Positions 13,101-24,874 of a DNA stretch of 64,000 bases are shown piece after piece. How positions within the stretch are numbered: the first letter of the stretch is position 1; each line of letters opens with the position of its first letter. The notes under the pieces were generated by a model that was given only the letters and a program-made list of their open reading frames with translations, was not told the origin of the DNA and did no database searches. Source of the DNA: Octopus sinensis (Eukaryota); NCBI RefSeq assembly GCF_006345805.1, contig NC_043005.1, positions 46,004,001 through 46,068,000 of the forward strand. Reading direction: 5' to 3'. The position numbers were made by a program, and so were the translations under genes.

Positions 13101-14087
13101 AGCGATTTTAAAATTATTACTAAATGTGACGCTCAGACCTATGTTCTTAAAACATATTTTCCAATTCTTTTTATATAGCGTACAACATCTCTCTTTCTAC
13201 CTCCATAGATGGGAAATAAAGTGTCGTCTCTATAAAGACTACCCCAAGAGTTGAGAGAAATTACTGTGTTGCCACACATACGCGCGCGCACACACAGAGA
13301 CACACGTGTGTGTGTATATGCTTGTATATATGTATGTATGTTGTATGTGTGTGTGTGTATAGATATAGATATATAAAGTCCTGGGAGGGTAGAAAATAGG
13401 GTATTTTCAATGCAGTACTCAATCCTTGCTCTAGGCTATCTACACCGAAAAATCGAATCAAGAAAAATGTCGGAATTCTTCAGATGTAGAAAATCTATGT
13501 TTTACAATGGTAAAACTGTTGTGTTAAGACAAAATTCTTTCCAACACGAAGAATAAGTAAATGTAATTTAGTATAATCAGCAAATATATGGGGTTGATAG
13601 GTTGGTGAATATTACAAAGAACCTTGGAAGTTTCTCAAGGTGATCTTGAGATAGGTTTCGTAAAGCCGAAGCTAAAGGAGAAGAATGTAGCCTTAATATA
13701 TTTGTGTAAGTGCAGCTTCATCAAGCAGGTAATACGGTGGTTGGCATAATAAAGAGAGATGGGATCTACTTGATTGCTAAATTTGAGGTCAGCAGTAAGA
13801 TGAAATCCTAGTTACTATGCACGTTTGCGAAAGTAGCAGCTGATTTAAGGGGTTAACAGATACAGTCGTTCGCTTTTTTCTTTCTACTTGGCACTCCATT
13901 TCTATATGCCTCAAAAGTGCTAAAATTTATTTAAATTTTCGAAAATGATAAATAAAAGTTGTAGAGGAAGAGTAGAGACCGATAGAATAAGTACTAGGCT
14001 TACAAACAATAAGTCCTGGGGTCGATTTGCTCGACTAAAGGCGGTGCTTCAGCATGGCTTCAGTCAAATGACTGAAACAAGTAAAAG

Positions 14088-14122
<35 letters not shown>

Positions 14123-14131
<9 letters not shown>

Positions 14132-14467
14132 AAAGGGCTTAGTAAAATAAATTACTTTGCCGCATACTGAACTCATTAGAAATAGCAGCTAAAAAAACTT
14201 TTTTAAAACTATTTCTAATACTTAAAGAAAACCTCTCTCATATAGTGTTTGCTCAATTCAACTCACGCAAATATGGGGGTAGAGACATTAAAAAATCAAG
14301 TGCAAAGGTTATTTGAGAACGTACGTTTCAAGATTAGTCAAAGTCGACATTTCTATCATTTTCTTTAAGTATTAGAAATAGTTTTAAAAAAGTTTTTTTA
14401 GCTGCTATTTCTAATGAGTTCAGTATGCGGCAAAGTAATTTATTTTACTAAGCCCTTTTATATAATG
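14123..14467. mobile_element. Fold-back MITE with perfect 108-bp arms, probably TA-flanked
   Basis: 14124-14231 is the exact reverse complement of 14359-14466, with a 127-bp spacer. TA lies at 14121-22 and 14468-69. Confidence 0.85.
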
Positions 14468-14556
14468 TAATAATTTGAATTCGCCTTAAATGGTCCCTTT
14501 GCATACTGAATACTTGGTGAAATTGATTAATTAATTAATTTTACCCTCAATTGTTG

Positions 14557-14593
<37 letters not shown>

Positions 14594-15640
14594 GTGTTTG
14601 TCTTTGTGTTTGTCCCCACCCCTCGCCATCGTTTGACAACCGACGCTGGTGTGTTTACGTCCCCGTAACTTAGTGGTTCGGCAAAAGAAACCGACAGAAT
14701 AAGTATCAAGCTTACAAAGAAAAGTCCTGGGATCGATGTCTTCGACTAAATCGCATTAAGGCAGTGCTCCAGCATGGCCGCAGTCAAATGACTGAAACAA
14801 GTAAAAAAATAAATAAATGAATGAATAAATAAATAAATAAAATAAAATACTCCGTTAAAAATATTTTTCTTTTAATCTTAATAATACTGGAAAGGATTAA
14901 AATAAAATGGCAAGTGTGGAACGAATGAATTTATCTGAAAACCTTTTAGAAATTATTGTTTAATGATATTCCATGTAATTTAGAAAAAGAGAAACCAACA
15001 TACCCCACTTACAGGTTCTATCTGTACCATGTAAGTTACAGCTCTGTTATTGTCCAACATTACCAAGAGAGCAACAGGCGGTAATGGACCTAACATCATC
15101 AGCTTTTATATCAATGGTTCTCAGCCTGGGGTGCCGACATTTTGGGGGGATGGGGCGAGATGGAATTTCAAGGGATGCGGCAGAGGATAAATATTCACTT
15201 TATTGAATTCACTTTCAGAATAAAATTATCAATTCTCAAAAATAACTGTAGTCTATTAAAGGCACCCAGAACTTTACTCTTCTAAATTTATTCATATTAA
15301 TAATCACTAAAAGTCATTTTTGAATAAAGGTAAAATTTTCTTATTTATCGATATAAGACAATTTGGCTGTGACTATGAAGAAATGGTAAAGAATCGGTAA
15401 CTAAATACCTTCTAGTATTTATTAACAAATCTTTATGTTATAAGTTTTAATCTCGCCGAAGTTAACATCATCGTTTATCCTTTTGGGTCGCTAAAGTAAA
15501 GTCCCAGTCAAGTAATGTATTCTATTTAATATTCATAGGATGCACCCTAGATGTAAATGGATGTAAATATTCATTCACCGATGAAAATTATTCTGTTTTT
15601 AATTCCAACGACTCTTTGTTCCATTGGTGCAGCATTAACT

Positions 15641-15963
15641 GGCGCTCCGTCGCCTACGACGTCGAGGGTTCCAGTTGATCCAATCAACGGAACAAGCGGC
15701 TTGTGAAATTAGCGCGCAAGTAGTTGAACACTCCACAGACATGCATACTCTTAACGTAGTTCTCAGGGAGAGTCAGCGTGACTCAGGATGTGACAAGACT
15801 GGCCTTTTGAAATACAGGTACAACTCATTTTTGTCAGCTGAGTGGATTGAACCACCGAAAAATAAAGTATTTTGCTCAAGGACACAACGCACTACCGGGA
15901 ATCGAACTCACGACCTTACGATCATGAGCCGAATACGCTTATCATTAAGCTACGCGCCTTCAC
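15641..15963 (-). mobile_element. SINE family G
   Basis: tRNA-like head (rc GAAGGCGCGTAGCTTAATGATAAGCG..GAGTTCGATTCCC), core-like tccttgagcaaaatac, and a distinct body shared with 62022-62320. Confidence 0.8.
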
Positions 15964-16336
15964 TCGGTGCAGCTTGATTTCATTGGTAAAATCTATTCTC
16001 AGCAGATGCATTTACCTATCTCTGTGCTACTGCTATTTTTGTTGACAACTCACAAATCAGCCGTGATTGAGCAGGCCAATGATCAATGACGTTCCAACCA
16101 TAACATCCCCCATGTTTTTATCAGATGTAGCATATTGAATAAGACTGCATTGTCTGTTTGTCTTTTATAATTCCAGAGATTGTTTTCCAGTGCATTTGGC
16201 AATATTAAAAAGAAAAAAAGGACTGATATTGTTACAAGTGGAATTGAAACCAAGTTACTGTTCCGCAAGGTTAGGAGCTTCTCTCTACTCCTGTACTCAA
16301 GAGAAGCCATTTTTATGTCAGAGGCTGTCGAAAGCA

Positions 16337-16720
16337 TTGGTTTCAATTTTGACACATGGCCAATAATTTCGAGGGTGGAGTAAGCCGATTACATCGACCC
16401 CAAAAGAATAGAAGGCAAGGTCGTCCTCCGCGGAATTTAGATTCAGAACGTAAAGTCGGAAGAAATACTGCTAAGCATTTTTTTCCGGCACAGTAATGAT
16501 TCTGCCAGCTCGCTGCCTTACAGGCCGTCGATAATATTGGTTTCAAATTCTGACACAAAACCAGCAATTTCAGGGGATAGGATATGTCGATTGATACTTA
16601 TTTTATCAACCCCAAAAAGATAAAAGGCTAAAATCAACCTCGGTGGCATTTGAACTCAAAAACCATAAAGATGGACAAATTGTTACCAACCATTTTGTCC
16701 GGCGTGCTAACGTTTCTGCC
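16337..16720 (-). mobile_element. Two SINE A2 copies in tandem, separated and flanked by a ~14-bp repeat
   Basis: Copies at 16337-16522 and 16537-16720. Repeats ggctgtcgaaagca, ggccgtcgataata and ggctgtcaataata at 16323, 16523 and 16721. Confidence 0.8.
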
Positions 16721-17554
16721 GGCTGTCAATAATAATGATTGTTAAAATAAAGTCCGAGTCAAGTACTGAGGTGGAATTAAGATTTCTATGTTGCATCCTA
16801 GATGTGATGAAGTTATCGTCATCATTGATGTCTTTCAAGGTTGAGAAGTTGATGCTATTGAATTTATCTATATTCTAAGATGGTTGTACGAACCTATTTT
16901 TGACCTAAAAGAAAGTTGACAAGAACATAAGAATTGGAGCTCATCTAGGTCTGATTGTTTGTCGTGGAGTTGCTTCCCTTAGTAATTATGATAGTAGGAA
17001 AAACAATAACGAAGTGAAAGATTGCTTGACGATATTAGAGAAGAGAATAGTAATAGTTACAGTTGGAAATGAAACCGGGTGGTTGACCTGTAAGGCTAGG
17101 AACTTATTTCTACTCTCCAGTATTCATCAAAGAAATCACTTTGTGAGCTAAAGGCCGCCGATAGTATTTACAGAAACGGACAGAGAAATTTAATAAAACC
17201 TGACGATATTTGAGAACAAAGAGAAGTATTTGATTAAACGGTGATGATATTTTGAGAAGTAAGTGAAGACGAATAAATCTTTTGAGTTATTATGAGTTCG
17301 ACTACATCAACCGATACGGTTTGCTTTAAAGGTAAGTGAATTATCATTTGCTTGTGTTGAGTCACTAAAGGCCAACGAAAGTTATCCAGTGGTATCAGTT
17401 AGTACCAAACGAAGCAGGACTTGGAGGAGATACTGAGGTTTCTGAGTTCGAGAACAGACCGAGGCCTTCAAAGTCCTTCAGGGTCTCCTGTAATTCGTTT
17501 TACCTGGCAGAAGTTTGTGTCATTCTCCTTATAAAGCAAAGCGAACCTCTATGT

Positions 17555-17805
17555 TAGTGGTTCTCATCCACTGTCCATACGGTCCTTGGGGGTCCACATA
17601 AGATTTGCTGTTAAAATTTATGTGCAATAAACTGGTTTTATTTCTACAATACACAAAATATTTAAACAATTTTTAAAAATACAATTCCTTATAATATCTA
17701 ATTATAAAAATATAAGGGGACTTTTTTAAACGTCAAATGTTTATTAGGGTAAAGTAAAATACAAATCAAAGAGGTTCATAGGCAAAAAGTGGTTAAGAAC
17801 CACTG
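17555..17805. mobile_element. hAT (Charlie-like) MITE
   Basis: TIRs tagtggttctca / taagaaccactg and an exact 8-bp TSD ctctatgt (17547-54, 17806-13). Sister copy at 24409. Confidence 0.85.
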
Positions 17806-17839
17806 CTCTATGTGGTCGCTCGGCTTACTAGAAATAGTA

Positions 17840-18032
17840 AGGCGACGAGCAGGCAGAAACGTTAGCGCGCCGGGCGAAATGCTTAGCGGTATTTCGTCTG
17901 CCGTTACGTTCTGAGTTCAAATTCCGCCGAGGTCGCCTTTGCTTTTCATCCTTTCGGGGTCGATTAAATAAGTACCAGTTACGCACTCGGGTCGATATAA
18001 TCGACTTAATCTGTTACAGAAATAAGAAATAG
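17840..18032 (+). mobile_element. SINE A1 with partly deleted tail
   Basis: High similarity to 54511-54742; ends aagaaatag. Confidence 0.85.
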
Positions 18033-19340
18033 TAGTAAGGCCTCCTTCACATTACACCTTAATGATATAAAAGGACACTTTGGATAATGTGGTACGGGGT
18101 GAAAAGATGGAATTGTACCTTACTAATTTTTTAGACACTTGCTTCATTAAGCAAAGCAACTTCGGTACTTGTCATGTCATCTATGCATCCTAGCCTATAA
18201 CCGTTAAAGAGATAATTAACAACTTGATTAACATTTATATGGCATTTATAAAAATTACAATGACCATGACATCGTTGTTCTGGAATATTCAAGAATAATT
18301 CTTTCAGAAAAAAGAAAAGAAAAAGATAGAAGAAAAGTGAATATTTATATTGGTAATGTGAACACGTTTGGGTCGGTTTTTATATGAACAGACAAGCGGT
18401 AGAGATGGTTATGATATGGTATAATCATGACAAGATTGTTTACATCACGATTTTATCGATATTGAAGTTCTATTTTCATAAGAGAAGGGAATAAATTTTA
18501 CGCCTGTGATTTCCCAAGGCTTCTTAGTGGTGTAAAAGAAATACAATGATTTTATGCATGTGGAAAACGAAACCGTTTCACCAAAATTGTCCCATATAAA
18601 TCTGCTCAAACACGATTTCTTTGATTTAGTTTTTTATTGAATTAAAATATAGGCGACGAGTTCTAGAAAATTAGTTTCAGATTCAAGCCTCAGTCCCACT
18701 ACACGGGTTCGATTTACGAATAAGACCCATATCATTTCACCTACACTAGTTGTTGCTGCTTCGTGTAGAAATCTTGGCAAGCGGCATCCCAATCACCATT
18801 GCGATAACAAAGACGAACAATGGTTAAAATGTTTTGGAGCCATTTATTTTCTACTCGTACGTAACATCGTGCAGGTGTACTGCGTGTATATAGAAATGTA
18901 TGGCAAGTGTACGGTAGACTACAAAATAAGACAAACTTAAATACAAAAATTATTTGAACAGGGTTCTACTGATGTTTGACTTCCTAATATACAACTTTCT
19001 TGTAACAAAGTTTGATTGCAAAATACATTCAACACGTTTATTATGAAATAACACGGTAACATGAAATAACCAAAGAAGAACATTCAGAGATGGCAACGGG
19101 TTTTCTGAGATATAGACGGACACAAAAAGGGACCCCCACCCCTTTTTCTGAAAATAAAACAACCCCGATCACTTCCGACAAGTTGTGAAAGCTAATACTA
19201 AATAGTAATACAGTAGACTTATTGTTGGAGGTAACACCACTAATGATGTTATTAAGAGCGGCGCCTGTGTCAGTCATGGGCAAACTACGGCTTGTGGGAC
19301 TTTCTGAATGTCATGCCAACGAAAAATCATTTCGAATTTT

Positions 19341-19773
19341 GGATCTTTTCGGTTTGAACGGCAGTTTTTAACATAATTTCTAGGTAACTAAAAGACTTTA
19401 AACTTCGTATACTGGTAGAATGTGTTTATAAAACATCTTTTTCTCTTGGCTTTATTGAGAAAATTCTATGGTTTGTAAGATATTTGTTGTTTTTTTTTCT
19501 TCAATTTCTGCAATTTCAACCAATCAGTGACGTCCATTGAGTTAAAAAGCATTCTGTGCCGTATGAAAATGTCCCTCGTTTAAGAAACAGATTCGGTTTA
19601 TTTACATTTGTGAAGAAAAAAAGATACCCCTGCCCCACCCCTAACCCTAACCCTAACTAACCCTAACTCTAAAAGAAACTGAAATGCAATAGATCGATTC
19701 TAGGGTCATAAATATGAGTGACAATTTCATATGACACCGCTAGAAAAAATTGCCGTTCAAACCGAAAAGATCC
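19341..19773. mobile_element. Merlin-like MITE family 1 with internal (TAACCC)n
   Basis: 29-bp TIR GGATCTTTTCGGTTTGAACGGCAGTTTTT (28/29 match between ends), exact 8-bp TSD cgaatttt, telomere-like repeats at ~19633-19668. Confidence 0.85.
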
Positions 19774-19899
19774 CGAATTTTTTAGTATAGCAGCTCGCCT
19801 GACGATGAACCACATCTTATGCGACCCTTCTGGAAAAAGATTGCTCTAAGTTCACATACAAACTATCTGAAACAGCAGGAAAGTGTATCTCCAAACTCA

Positions 19900-20215
19900 G
19901 CATTACTATCCAGTCCCGCTGCATAACACCTTGTGCAAGTGACTTCTACTGTAGTCTTCAACCGACCAAAACCTCATGAGTGGATTTGGTAGAGGGAAAC
20001 CGAAAGAAGCCTGTCGTATATGTGTGTGTGTGTCCGCCATCGCTTGACAACCGATGCTGGTGTGTTTATGTAACCTAGCGGTTCGGCAAAGGAGACCGAT
20101 GGGATAAGTACTAAGCTTACAAAGAATAAGTCCTGGCGTTGATTTCTTTGACTAAAACCCTTTAAGGCGGTGCTCCAGTATGGCGGCAGTCAGCTGACTG
20201 AAACAAAAGAATAAA
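19900..20215 (+). mobile_element. SINE B
   Basis: cagtcccgctgc..accttgtgcaagtg..gaaagaagcctgtcg (TG)n ..gtgctccagtatggc..gactgaaac. Confidence 0.8.
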
Positions 20216-21004
20216 AGGATATGTGTGTGTGTGTTTGCCCCCCCCCCCATCACGGCGTGATATTTGGTACTGGCTTGTTTACGTCTCCATTATCTAGCGG
20301 TTCGGCAAAAGGAACAGATAGAATAATAATTACTGGTTACGATTTGTTCCATTAAACTCTTCATGGCAGTGCTCCAGCCTGGCCGCAATCCAACCATTTA
20401 AGTAAGTGAAAAATAATACACACACACACACACACACACACATACACATACACACGCGCACACACATAGAGACATATACAGACATTCATTTGTGCGTGCG
20501 TGTGTGTACTTATGTATATATGTATATGTATGTGGCTTTTACTAAAAAACAAAACAAAACAATAAACAATAAATAATATCGTAATCTTCGTAGATTCAAA
20601 AATGAATGTAAATATATGTAATATACGTAGATATCCTTTCCAAGATAGTAACTCTGGAAATCATTCTGAATGTTGATTGTTGGTTGAACAAAACATTTTA
20701 TCTGATATTGGTAATTTGTCGCTGACCTATTTTCTCCAGTTTGCTAGCTTTAATTATATTGCTAACCTTGACTCAATGTAGATGACATTATCTAAGACAC
20801 CAAAGGATGAAACAACGCAGCGATAATGGCAGAAAAACTATTATCGAGGCTTTATCGTTCCGTGAGCGTGATTTATAGAGATTTTATTACACAAAGTGAA
20901 TTACTGAACAAGTAGAATCATACATGTTATCAAGTGGATAATTACGCTTCCAGCACACCGTGTATGCGATATGGTTTCGAATTTTATTGGTACTTCGATA
21001 TTTT

Positions 21005-21685
21005 GGTACTACTTTAGGATGCGGTTTACAGTGGTATTCGCAGTCTATGCTGTAAAATGTCCTGATTCGGATTAGGGTCAGGGTTAGATTAGGGGTTAAG
21101 GTTGGGGCTTAGAGCTTAGGATTAGGGTGAGAGTTAAGATTTAGAATAAGAGTAAGGGTTAGGTTAGGATAAGGGTTTGAGTTTAGGGTTAGGGATTACA
21201 GTTAGGGCTTTAGATAAGGATTAAAGTTGGGGGTTAAGGATTAGAGGTTAGAGTTGGGTGGGGGCTAGGTAAGAGGTTAGGGTTTACGATTAAGATTAGG
21301 GTTAAGTTAGGGTTTAAGATGAATGTTAGAGTTTAGGGTTAGAGATTATGGTTAGGGTTAGGGTTTAAAACTAGGGTTAGAGTTAAGATTTAGTGTTAAT
21401 GTTAGGTAAGAGTTTAAGGTTAGGGTTATGGCTTAAGGTTAGGGTTTACGGTTAGAGTTATGTTAATTAAGGTTTAGAGTTAGAATTAAAGTTTAGCGTA
21501 AAGATTAGGGTTTAGCTTTAGGGTTAGGCCAAAATTTAAGGTTAGGGTTTACAGTTAGGGTTAATGTTAGGTTTGGGTTTAGGATTAAGGTTAGAGTTAA
21601 ACTGCACCCCAAAGTGTAAATGGCCAGGTAGACCGTGCACGTTAAAGTGTAAACGGTCAGGTAGACCGCATGTTAAAATGGCACC
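21005..21685. mobile_element. Merlin-like MITE family 2 carrying a ~540-bp degenerate TTAGGG array
   Basis: TIRs ggtactactttaggatgcggtttac / gtagaccgcatgttaaaatggcacc (19/25 match), exact 8-bp TSD gatatttt (20997-21004, 21686-93), array at ~21065-21600. Confidence 0.8.
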
Positions 21686-22255
21686 GATATTTTTCTTGGC
21701 TTCTAGCACTGATATTCTTGGAAAAGTATGAATGGCATGTTTCTTGTAATCTTTGTCTTCTGTTGCCGTAGTGAAGTAGTAATACGTAAATGGATATATC
21801 AGAACATGAAACGTCAAGCTATTGACTCTAATCAAGTGATACGGATCTTTACATTATTCTCATGTATAAGTCTTATACATAATCGACAAACATAATCTAC
21901 AGCTGGATTTCTAGGTAACTACGATCATCATCCTTGACAAATGTATTCATACAAAAAGGGGATTTTAGACTCAGAAAAATATTGCTATTGGTATGTTTTG
22001 CAAGAAGTGATTAGGGAAAATACTGTCAAACCTTGCGCTTCATAGACGCTTCAGTATTCATTATAAAAAAAAAATTGATGGTGCTCCAAGTAAAAATAAA
22101 CAAAATATATACATATGTATATGTATGTGTGTGAGTGTGTGCGTGCGTGTGTATGTATGTAAGTATATGTATATGTATGTTTTCAATTATTTAAATTCTG
22201 CCTCTGAGGAAAGAACTGGTTTCTAACAAAAATACAACGCTTCAGTATTGGGGTA

Positions 22256-22491
22256 CTATTTAAGAAGAGTGGTCCCGGTGTGCGCACTCGCGTACTCACG
22301 CATCCGCGCTAGCAAGTCATGACTAGTCGATCCTACAACGACTACCTAGCAAAGTAAATAAAACACAAAATAAATAATTCTTTTACACAAAGTAAATTTT
22401 TTTTTTAAACAAAGGATCGACTAGTCACGACTAGCTAGCGCGGATGCGCGAGTACGCGACTGCACGCACTGGGACCACTCTTCTTAAATAG
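22256..22491. mobile_element. TA-flanked MITE with ~79-bp CpG-rich TIRs
   Basis: 22256-22334 is the reverse complement of 22413-22491 with a few mismatches. TA at 22254-55 and 22492-93. Confidence 0.85.
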
Positions 22492-22739
22492 TATCTATTA
22501 TTGGTATATAGATACCAAAAACAATGTCATATTTTAAACTTCAGGAAAGTCTTGCATATTTTTACTATTTCACATGCAGATTGTATTTGCAATGTGTGAG
22601 TTGGTTGATTTATTTTTCTGAAAACCTTAGTTTATCCAGATTGTCACTTACGCATATATTCACTAACCCAAGTGCAACAATTATCATTGATGTAAATGTG
22701 AATTTGTAATCCATATATACAAGTTGAAGATTTCGAAGC

Positions 22740-22900
22740 AGCTGTCCATAGTTATCTTCATTCTTACCCTAGCAACCCGTTTCCCCAGGTAGGTTGGCAG
22801 GAGCAGCCATTCTTCTGATCTTATTGGTGCAGTAGTGTTCTTCTCCGCCTTCTCTACAGCGGCAAATCTCACCTTCACTGTACCGTACTTCCCACCATGA
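22740..22900 (-). pseudogene. Fragment of a Tx1-like LINE ORF1
   Basis: VKVRFAAVEKAEKNTTAPIRSEEWLLLPTYLGKRVARV aligns with IKIRFTTEENARQHSTNTLKTEEVVLLPTYMGRRTSKI at 29260-29378. Confidence 0.7.
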
Positions 22901-22906
22901 GTGTAA

Positions 22907-23205
22907 GTGGAGGCACATGGCCTAGTGGTTAGAGCAGCGGACTCGCGATCGAGGGATCGCGGGTTCGAATCTCAGACCGGGTAATGTATGTATTTATGAG
23001 CGAAACACTTAAGCTCCACGCGGCTCCGGCAGAAGGTAATGGCGAACTTCTGCTGACTCTTTCGCCACAACTTTCTCTCACTCTTTCCGCCTGCATCTTG
23101 CAGCTCACCTGCGACGGACTGGCGTCCCGTCCAAGTGGGGAATCCTATACACCAAGGAAACCGGCCCTTATGAGCCAGGCGTGGCTAAAGAAGGACCAAA
23201 ACAAC
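22907..23205 (+). mobile_element. SINE family F
   Basis: GGCACATGGCCTAGTGGTTAGAGCAGCGG..GGGTTCGAATCTC head, gagcgaaacactt core-like motif, ctgcgacggactggcgtcccgtcc..ggaaaccgg tail. Second copy at 45459. Confidence 0.8.
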
Positions 23206-23208
23206 CAT

Positions 23209-23775
23209 TGGTTCGAGGCATTTATCAATGATCTCCTCCGAAGCCATATCAATCTTCTTTCGTAGTAAACATAAGGTCCTATACGTTACTGTTTTCTTTC
23301 TCACGTTTTTGGTTAACTTCTCCGGGAAGGGGTTCAACTTCACTTTCGACCCCTCCCTTTCTATATAATAATAACATTCACTTACGTTAATATTGAGGAT
23401 CTTGATTGCACTCATTTCCATCTGTGGAACTGTCTTGTTCTGTTTGTCAACCATTGACGTGCACCTTCCCGCTCGTTCCCTTTCGTCGTCCATCTCCGGC
23501 GTCCCACTTTCCATCCTTAACGGGAGAAAACATACAGGCCTGCCGAGCAAGCCGTGTGCTTCTGAAAAAACACAACAAACCAACAATAATAGTAACACCT
23601 TCTGTTACTCTACGTACCCGGCTAGAAGCTCAACAAACTAAACCACTCAACAAGAGAGAGAGAGAGAGAACAGGACAATGTTCAGCACGGATATTTGATT
23701 ACAATAAACTAATTATTTGTGCTGGTCGTTCTGCAAAAGCTGAACACTCATACGTAGTCTTCGACGGGAGAGTCC

Positions 23776-23776
<1 letters not shown>
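23209..23776 (+). mobile_element. Possible solo LTR
   Basis: TG...CA ends, TATATAA at 23362 and AATAAA at 23703. No matching TSD and no second copy in the window. Confidence 0.3.
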
Positions 23777-23823
<47 letters not shown>

Positions 23824-24023
23824 AGCAATTATGGGGATAAGCAAATTAGACACGTCAGATGTATTAAATATATTAAATACATCAAATACAAAATATGTAT
23901 AGATGCAAAACGAGAGAAAGCATATATATATATATATATTTATGAACAGCTTCCGGTTTCCGCTTACTAAATTCTGTTCATAAGCTATTTTATCTGTTAT
24001 CATTTACTTCTTTCAGTCACTGG

Positions 24024-24348
24024 CTGGAGAGAAAATGCCTGACTGTGAAAGTCTTTGAAAATCGATGGAAGAATGTAGCACGGATGTTGCGAGTGAATGT
24101 AACCTCATGAATGCTACGCAGGACGTATCTCAGGTATCAGTGGCGAGGCGGGGCTCATGGGGTCCGAATTGAACCCGCCTTCTCACTCCATCCGTAATGT
24201 CTTCCGGTCTGTCCTATCATTCGATTTATTTATATTTTTGTGAATTTTTAATGTCATCTTTACGTTATACCCATCCGTCCATCTGACCCCAATCAGATTG
24301 TATTGTCCCTTATCTATGTTGTCCCCTTGTGGGAAATAAAAAAAATCA
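24024..24348 (+). mobile_element. 5'-truncated Tx1-like LINE 3' end inserted into a SINE B
   Basis: Co-linear with 32455-32770, with an A-rich end and an exact 18-bp TSD acttctttcagtcactgg (24006-23, 24349-66). Confidence 0.85.
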
Positions 24349-24408
24349 ACTTCTTTCAGTCACTGGGGTGCGATCTTGCTGGGGTACTGCCTTTGAATGG
24401 GTTTCATC

Positions 24409-24663
24409 CAGTGGTTCTCGACTGGGATTCATGTGACCTTTCGGGATCCATAAAAGAGTTTCTTGTTAAAATTTATGTGCAATAAATTGCTTATATTTCT
24501 ATAACACTCAAAATATTTTAAGTCTTTTTTGTACAGTTCCTAATAACGTTTAATTATAAAAATATAGCAGGATTTTTTTTTTTAATATACATCAAATAGA
24601 TATGGAACAGGGGCCACCTGAGTAAAACAAGAATCAAATGGGTCCATGGATTGTGAACCACTG
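24409..24663. mobile_element. hAT MITE (sister of 17555) inserted into the same SINE B
   Basis: cagtggttctc / gaaccactg ends, shared internal gttaaaatttatgtgcaataaa, TSD gtttcatc/gtttagtc (6/8). Confidence 0.8.
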
Positions 24664-24795
24664 GTTTAGTCGAACAAATCAACCTCAGTAATCTTTTCTA
24701 AGTCTGGTACTTATTCTACCAGATTTCCTTTGCTGATGTAAACAAACCAATGCCGGTTGTCAAGCGGTTCGGGAGACAAATACAAACGCACACAG

Positions 24796-24874
<79 letters not shown>

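Noticed and set aside
16900-17520. Possible CR1/L2 endonuclease relic on the minus strand (YYRRP..DFFDE)
   Set aside because: The motif echoes are too weak to call without an HMM search.
20718-20790. Branch point plus acceptor (ctgacctattttctccag)
   Set aside because: All frames stop within ~45 nt and there is no matching donor.
21065-21600. Interstitial telomere interpreted as a chromosome-fusion scar
   Set aside because: The array has a single orientation with no head-to-head switch and is enclosed by TIRs and an 8-bp TSD.
22907-22980. tRNA-like sequence considered as a real tRNA gene (also the heads of D, G and B)
   Set aside because: The acceptor stem does not close, and the sequence runs into CORE-like SINE bodies present in several copies.
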